A DNA stretch of 64,000 bases from an uncultured Phycisphaerales bacterium (lineage in GTDB: Bacteria > Planctomycetota > Phycisphaerae > WQYP01). This document shows, one piece after another, positions 60,044-64,000 of this stretch. The notes below the pieces were generated by a model. The model did no database searches, had not been told where the DNA came from, and saw only the letters and a list, made by a program, of their open reading frames with translations. Every line of letters begins with the position of its first letter. The first letter of the stretch is position 1. The stretch is from positions 6,939 through 70,938 of the forward strand of contig CAVYBP010000006.1 of NCBI GenBank assembly GCA_963766775.1. The letters run 5' to 3'. Both the position numbers and the translations under genes were made by a program.

Positions 60044-61464
60044 AAAAAACCTCGCTCACTACTGTCTATCGCCGCATTGATTAACGCCACCAGCGGCACA
60101 AACAGCGCGTAAACAAGCCCGCCGACAAAAAACCCCATCAAAAGCACCGCGAGAGGCTCCGCCGCCCCCCGCAAAAAAATGGCCAGCCGCGCAAATCGTT
60201 CCCGGTAATAACTTGCCAGAAAATCAAACATCTCCGGTGCCGCCACCTGCCCAATGGCTCCGCCGCCCCCAACTCGCGGCACCGACTGCAGAAATCCCGC
60301 CACCAGTTCCGGCATATCCGCCGCCCGCGCCGCCTCCGATGGCGTTCCACCCGCAACCATCCCGCTCAACCACCGCTCCACCCGTCGCCGCAACGGCTGC
60401 GGAAGCGCAAGCTGCAGCGACGCCTGCACCCCATCCACCAGCGGCAACCCCGCCCGCAACCCGTCCGCCAAAAACTCCAGCACCCCAGCCATCGCACGAT
60501 CACGCACCAGCCGCCGCCACACCGGAACATGCCACGACAATCGACGCACGCTCAACCCCGGAAAAAATTCCTCCGTCCGCTTCGCACCACGCAGCCGCTG
60601 CCCCACACGCTGCATCGCCCGCGCCACGGCAACGATCACCAGCACGCCCACTCCCAGACTCACCGTCGGCAGAAACCATTCATTGTTCACAAACCCATCC
60701 GACATATTCATCAGCCACGATGTCGGCTCCGGAATAATCGTATGAAAATCCCTGAAAATGTCCCGATACTTCGGCACTATAAAAACATCGAGAAAAATCG
60801 CCAGGCCCCCCACACATATCACCATCAGCGGCAAATAGAATCGATAAAACGGCGTCGTTCCACTCTGAGCCATCGCGTGGTCCCGTTCCTCCCGCACCAG
60901 CAGACGTGTCAACGTCGGTTGCAACTGACCAATCCCCTCCGCCGCTTTCACCGCAGTCGCGATCTCCACCGGCACCTCCGGTACCGCCCGCGCCAAGGCC
61001 TCTCCGACCGCCGCCCCTCCCGACAATACCACCCGCAAATCCGCAAGCCGCCGTCGCGCGCCGCCTTCTTCACTTTCCTCCGCCGCCAACAAATACCGGT
61101 CCAGCGGAAAGTTCAGCCGCATCGCATTTTCCAGATATCCCACCACCACCATCGCTCGCCGCCGCCGATTCATCCGCACCGCGCGGCGAAGCGTATAAAA
61201 AACCAGCCCCAGAAGCGTCCCAAATGCCACCAACCCCGGCGGCCCCACGAAAAACGCAACGAATAAAAACGCGCGCCGCATGCCGCCCCCATCTTCATCC
61301 GATGATCCCTGGCTCAGCACCCACACCACCCCAAACACCAGCCCCGCCACCAGCGGCACCCACACAAAAAGCCACAGAATAATCTCCAGCACCAACCTCC
61401 GCCGCGCCGTGCGCTCCAAAGACGGTTTCGCATATTCCAATGTCTCTCGCTCGATCGACATCAC
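60040..61464 (-). CDS. Divergent GspF/PilC-family platform protein paralog with an extra N-terminal membrane segment
   Basis: Intact 474-aa ORF. Two extra TM helices sit at the N-terminus in place of the usual cytoplasmic F-x-Y domain. T2SSF-like repeats follow (..IATAVKAAEGIGQLQPTL.., ..LLMGFFVGGLVYALFVPLVALI). It overlaps the upstream gspF stop by 4 nt. Confidence 0.6.
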   Translation of the reverse strand: MMSIERETLEYAKPSLERTARRRLVLEIILWLFVWVPLVAGLVFGVVWVLSQGSSDEDGGGMRRAFLFVAFFVGPPGLVAFGTLLGLVFYTLRRAVRMNRRRRAMVVVGYLENAMRLNFPLDRYLLAAEESEEGGARRRLADLRVVLSGGAAVGEALARAVPEVPVEIATAVKAAEGIGQLQPTLTRLLVREERDHAMAQSGTTPFYRFYLPLMVICVGGLAIFLDVFIVPKYRDIFRDFHTIIPEPTSWLMNMSDGFVNNEWFLPTVSLGVGVLVIVAVARAMQRVGQRLRGAKRTEEFFPGLSVRRLSWHVPVWRRLVRDRAMAGVLEFLADGLRAGLPLVDGVQASLQLALPQPLRRRVERWLSGMVAGGTPSEAARAADMPELVAGFLQSVPRVGGGGAIGQVAAPEMFDFLASYYRERFARLAIFLRGAAEPLAVLLMGFFVGGLVYALFVPLVALINAAIDSSERGFL

Positions 61465-62718
61465 TCTCCCCCACTCACGGACTGAATCAATTTCACCAAC
61501 GGCAAGAACATCGCCAACACCGTCATCCCAATGAAAAATCCCGTGACCACCACCAACATTGGCGTAAGCACCGCAGGCAACAGTTGCAGCCTCCGCTCCG
61601 TCTGCTGCTCATACATCCGCGACAACGTCCCCATCGTCGCCGCCAAATCTCCCGACCGCCCCGCCAGCTCAAACGCCGCCGGAACAGTCGCGGGCAAAAT
61701 ATCCCGAGGCACATTTTTCAACGGCCGACCCGATGACATCGCTTCCACCAGCGCCTCCCGAATCACGCGCCACACGCCTCGAACCCGTCGCCTCCGACGC
61801 CAGCCCCATCGCCCGCGGCAGATCCAACCCTGCCTCCACGCCCAGGCGCACCGCATCGCACCAACGCGCCAACGCACTTGCTCGAAGCACCCCCCCAAGA
61901 AGCGGCAACCGCATTCCCACCCCGTCCGTCAACACCCCCGCCCTCCCCGTCATACGAAATAATAAAATCACCGCCACCACAATCCCACCCACCACCGCCA
62001 CTCCACCCACCAACGACGGCAACGCTTCTCCCACCCATAACACCAACTCCGTCAGCGCCGGCAATGTGGTATGAAAATCCTTATAAATATCCCGCAATGA
62101 CGGCAAAATGAAAATCGACACAAACAGCATCACAAACATCAACGCCATCAGCACCGCCACCGGATACGAAAACGTCCGCCACAACGTCCGCCGCAACCGC
62201 TGCATCATTTCCAAATGCCGCCCCAGATTAAATAGCATCGCCGGCAAGTTCGCCGACTGCACCCCCGCCTCCACCATCCGACCATACAACGCCGGAAACC
62301 GCGACGCATGATGCGCAAACGCATCCTTCAACGGCACACCCTTCTCCAACTCCCCCGCCACCGCATTCGCCGCCGACGCCAACCGCCCCGCCTTCAAATC
62401 CGCCGCGATCAATCGCAGCCCGCTCTCCACCGGCAACCCCGCCGACGTCAGATGCGCAAGCTGCTGATTAAAACTCAAAAAATCATCCAGCCCGAGCGCC
62501 CCACCCCGCCCGCCTCCCCCGCCCCTCCGCCGCGAACCCTCGCCCACATCCTTCACCGGAGCAACGGACAACACGCGCAGCTTCAGAGCCGCAAGCCGCG
62601 CCTGCGCATCCACCGCGCTCGTCGCCTCCAGCGTCCCGCGCATCGCCTCCCCTGACGGGCTTTGCGCCTCATACTGATACGGATCAACCGACGGACTGTT
62701 TGCCGCTTGTGTCACCAC
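61461..62718 (-). CDS. gspF: GspF/PilC-family inner-membrane platform protein; one frameshift near 61790 as written
   Basis: YQYEAQSPSGEAMRGTLEATSAVDAQARLAALKLRVLSV (typical N-terminal domain), LAHLTSAGLPVESGLRL, MVEAGVQSANLP. The C-terminal repeat is in ORF 61461..61898 (..ELAGRSGDLAATMGTLSRMYE..PMLVVVTGFFIGMTVLAMFLPLVKLI). Confidence 0.8.
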
Positions 62719-62746
62719 GATCCTCCTGCCAAGGGGTGTACGAGGT

Positions 62747-62759
62747 GGGGGGGGGGGGG
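62747..62759. repeat. Homopolymer G13 (C13 on the coding strand) between the gspE stop and the gspF start
   Basis: gaggt-ggggggggggggg-aagag, counted from the sequence lines 62741-62760. Confidence 0.9.
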
Positions 62760-62811
62760 AAGAGAATAAAATCCCTTTCCCTTATTCAGACGCAGTCAAC
62801 CGCAAACTCTT

Positions 62812-63917
62812 TCACTCACCCAACACGCGGCGAACTTCCCCCAAATCCGTAATCCCCTCCGCCACCAGTCTTTCCGCCGCCATTCGCAAACTCAAATGAC
62901 CCGCCTGATTCTTGAAAATCGTCCGCAACTCCTCCGCATCCGCACGCCGTAGCACTGCCGCCCGCGTACCCGCCTCCAACTCCCCAAACTCGCCCACCGG
63001 CACCCGCCCCCGATAACCCTCTCCCTCCCGCCGACGTACCAGCCGCTGCGTCAACACCCCAAACACCGTGCTCGTGATCTGATACGGCTCGATCCCCATC
63101 TCCAGCAACCGCGCCAACGCCGTCGCAGGCTCACCCGCATGAAGCGTCGCTATCAGCCGATGCCCCGACAACGCCGCCTGCACCGCCACCGATGCCGTCG
63201 CCGCATTCCGAATTTCCCCCAGCATCAGCACCTGCGGATCCTGCCGCAGAATCGACTGCAGCGCCCGGTCATACGTCATCTGCCCATGAGGCGTCACCTC
63301 AATCTGCGTAACGCCGCGAATGAGCCGTTCGATCGGATCCTCCAGCGCGATGATCGACAGCCCCGGATTCGTCGCCGCAATATATTCCAGCAACGCATAA
63401 ATCGTCGTCGTCTTCCCCGACCCCGCCGGCCCCGTGACCAACAGCATCCCCGCATCCGTCCTCGCAAACCGCTTCAAACCCTCCAACGCCGCCGTCGGCA
63501 ACGCCAAATTCTCCAACGACTTCGCCTCTGTCAAATCCGCCGGCAACCGCACCACCGCCCGCAGGCCATGCGCCACCGGCATGATCGCCAGCCGCAAATC
63601 CAAAGGCCGATCCGGCCCGCCCTCCACCACCGTATGAATCCGACCCTCCTGCGGAATATCCAGCCGATACGTCAGCAACTGAGCCAGCACCATCAACCGC
63701 AAAACCGCCTCCGCCCGACCTCCGCCGACAATGTCTCCACCCGCTCCAGCAATCCATCCACCCGCAACCGCACCTCCATCCCCGCCCCCGTCGGCTCCAA
63801 ATGAATATCCGACGCGCCACTCCCCAACGCCCGCCGCAACAACCCATCCACCAACGGCCGCGCATCCGGCCCCACAAATGACATATCGGAAACCATCAAT
63901 ACATTCTTCCCACCCAC
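62812..63917 (-). CDS. gspE: Short GspE/PilB-type secretion ATPase (no N-terminal N1/N2 domains, no C-terminal Cys4 zinc motif); one frameshift near 63700 as written
   Basis: The N-terminal piece is in ORF 63693..63917 (..GASDIHLEPTGAGMEVRLRVDGLL..). Then ..LRLMVLAQLLTYRLDIPQEGRI.., Walker A GPAGSGKTTT, ALEDPIE, QDPQVLMLGEIRN, ATLHAG. The last 80 residues contain no cysteines. Confidence 0.8.
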
Positions 63918-64000
63918 CCCAAAAAACGCAAGACCAAACTACTCTCCACCCAACCCGGTCTGACAATTTTCCAATGCAGATTTAAAATCTGTCGCGTTAC

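Overview
The window is two unrelated halves joined at about 32,293-32,297. No rRNA genes or CRISPR arrays were found by eye, and the only tRNA-like stretch examined was rejected.

Left half (1 to ~32,295): very GC-rich, roughly 70% by eye (not computed), with G/C-saturated third codon positions. Gene content looks like a high-GC Gram-positive (Actinobacteria/Thermoleophilia-like):
- MFS transporter, 5'-3' exonuclease, a TetR regulator next to a CocE/NonD hydrolase, DUF899, a PlsC-type acyltransferase
- tannase-like (DUF6351-type) secreted hydrolase, a membrane cytochrome c cluster, a GH54-like arabinofuranosidase domain
- an IS256-family element inserted in a repeat-rich surface-protein gene
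- ABC1 kinase, YVTN/PKD beta-propeller protein, lipase, SHOCT protein, penicillin-acylase-family protein, DrrAB-type ABC exporter

Right half (~32,297 to 64,000): less GC-rich, about 60% by eye, with G-rich coding strands. Gene content looks PVC/Planctomycete-like:
- LpoB-like lipoprotein (3'-truncated at the junction), RluD-type pseudouridine synthase, a GNAT protein
- parB preceded by two variant parS palindromes and no adjacent parA
- ribokinase, CMD-family protein, and a lower-GC islet with two uncharacterised genes plus a VOC protein
- discoidin-domain protein, DUF5060/DUF4038 glycosidase-like protein, pyruvate carboxylase, DUF3300 protein
- a sugar-acid catabolic cluster (RraA-like, split UxaA-family dehydratase, SDR, MFS)
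- CrtC-like hydratase, pyrE, an orphan Wzt/TagH-type ABC ATPase, a sodium:solute symporter
- a translationally coupled type-IV-filament/T2SS-like operon (GspE-like ATPase, two GspF paralogs, three atypical pseudopilins) that runs off the right edge

Many otherwise well-conserved genes in both halves are broken by frameshifts (pyc has at least a dozen), while several long neighbours are intact. That pattern fits consensus indel errors better than real gene decay.

I cannot confidently call any system here novel. The best candidates for a second look are:
- the atypical GspE-GspF-GspF'-pseudopilin operon
- the parA-less parB with symmetric-variant parS sites
- the uncharacterised low-GC gene pair at 38.1-39.9 kb
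- a repeated 22-nt hairpin motif just downstream of two stop codons

All coordinates of frameshifted genes are reconstructions from ORF pieces and are approximate at their starts.
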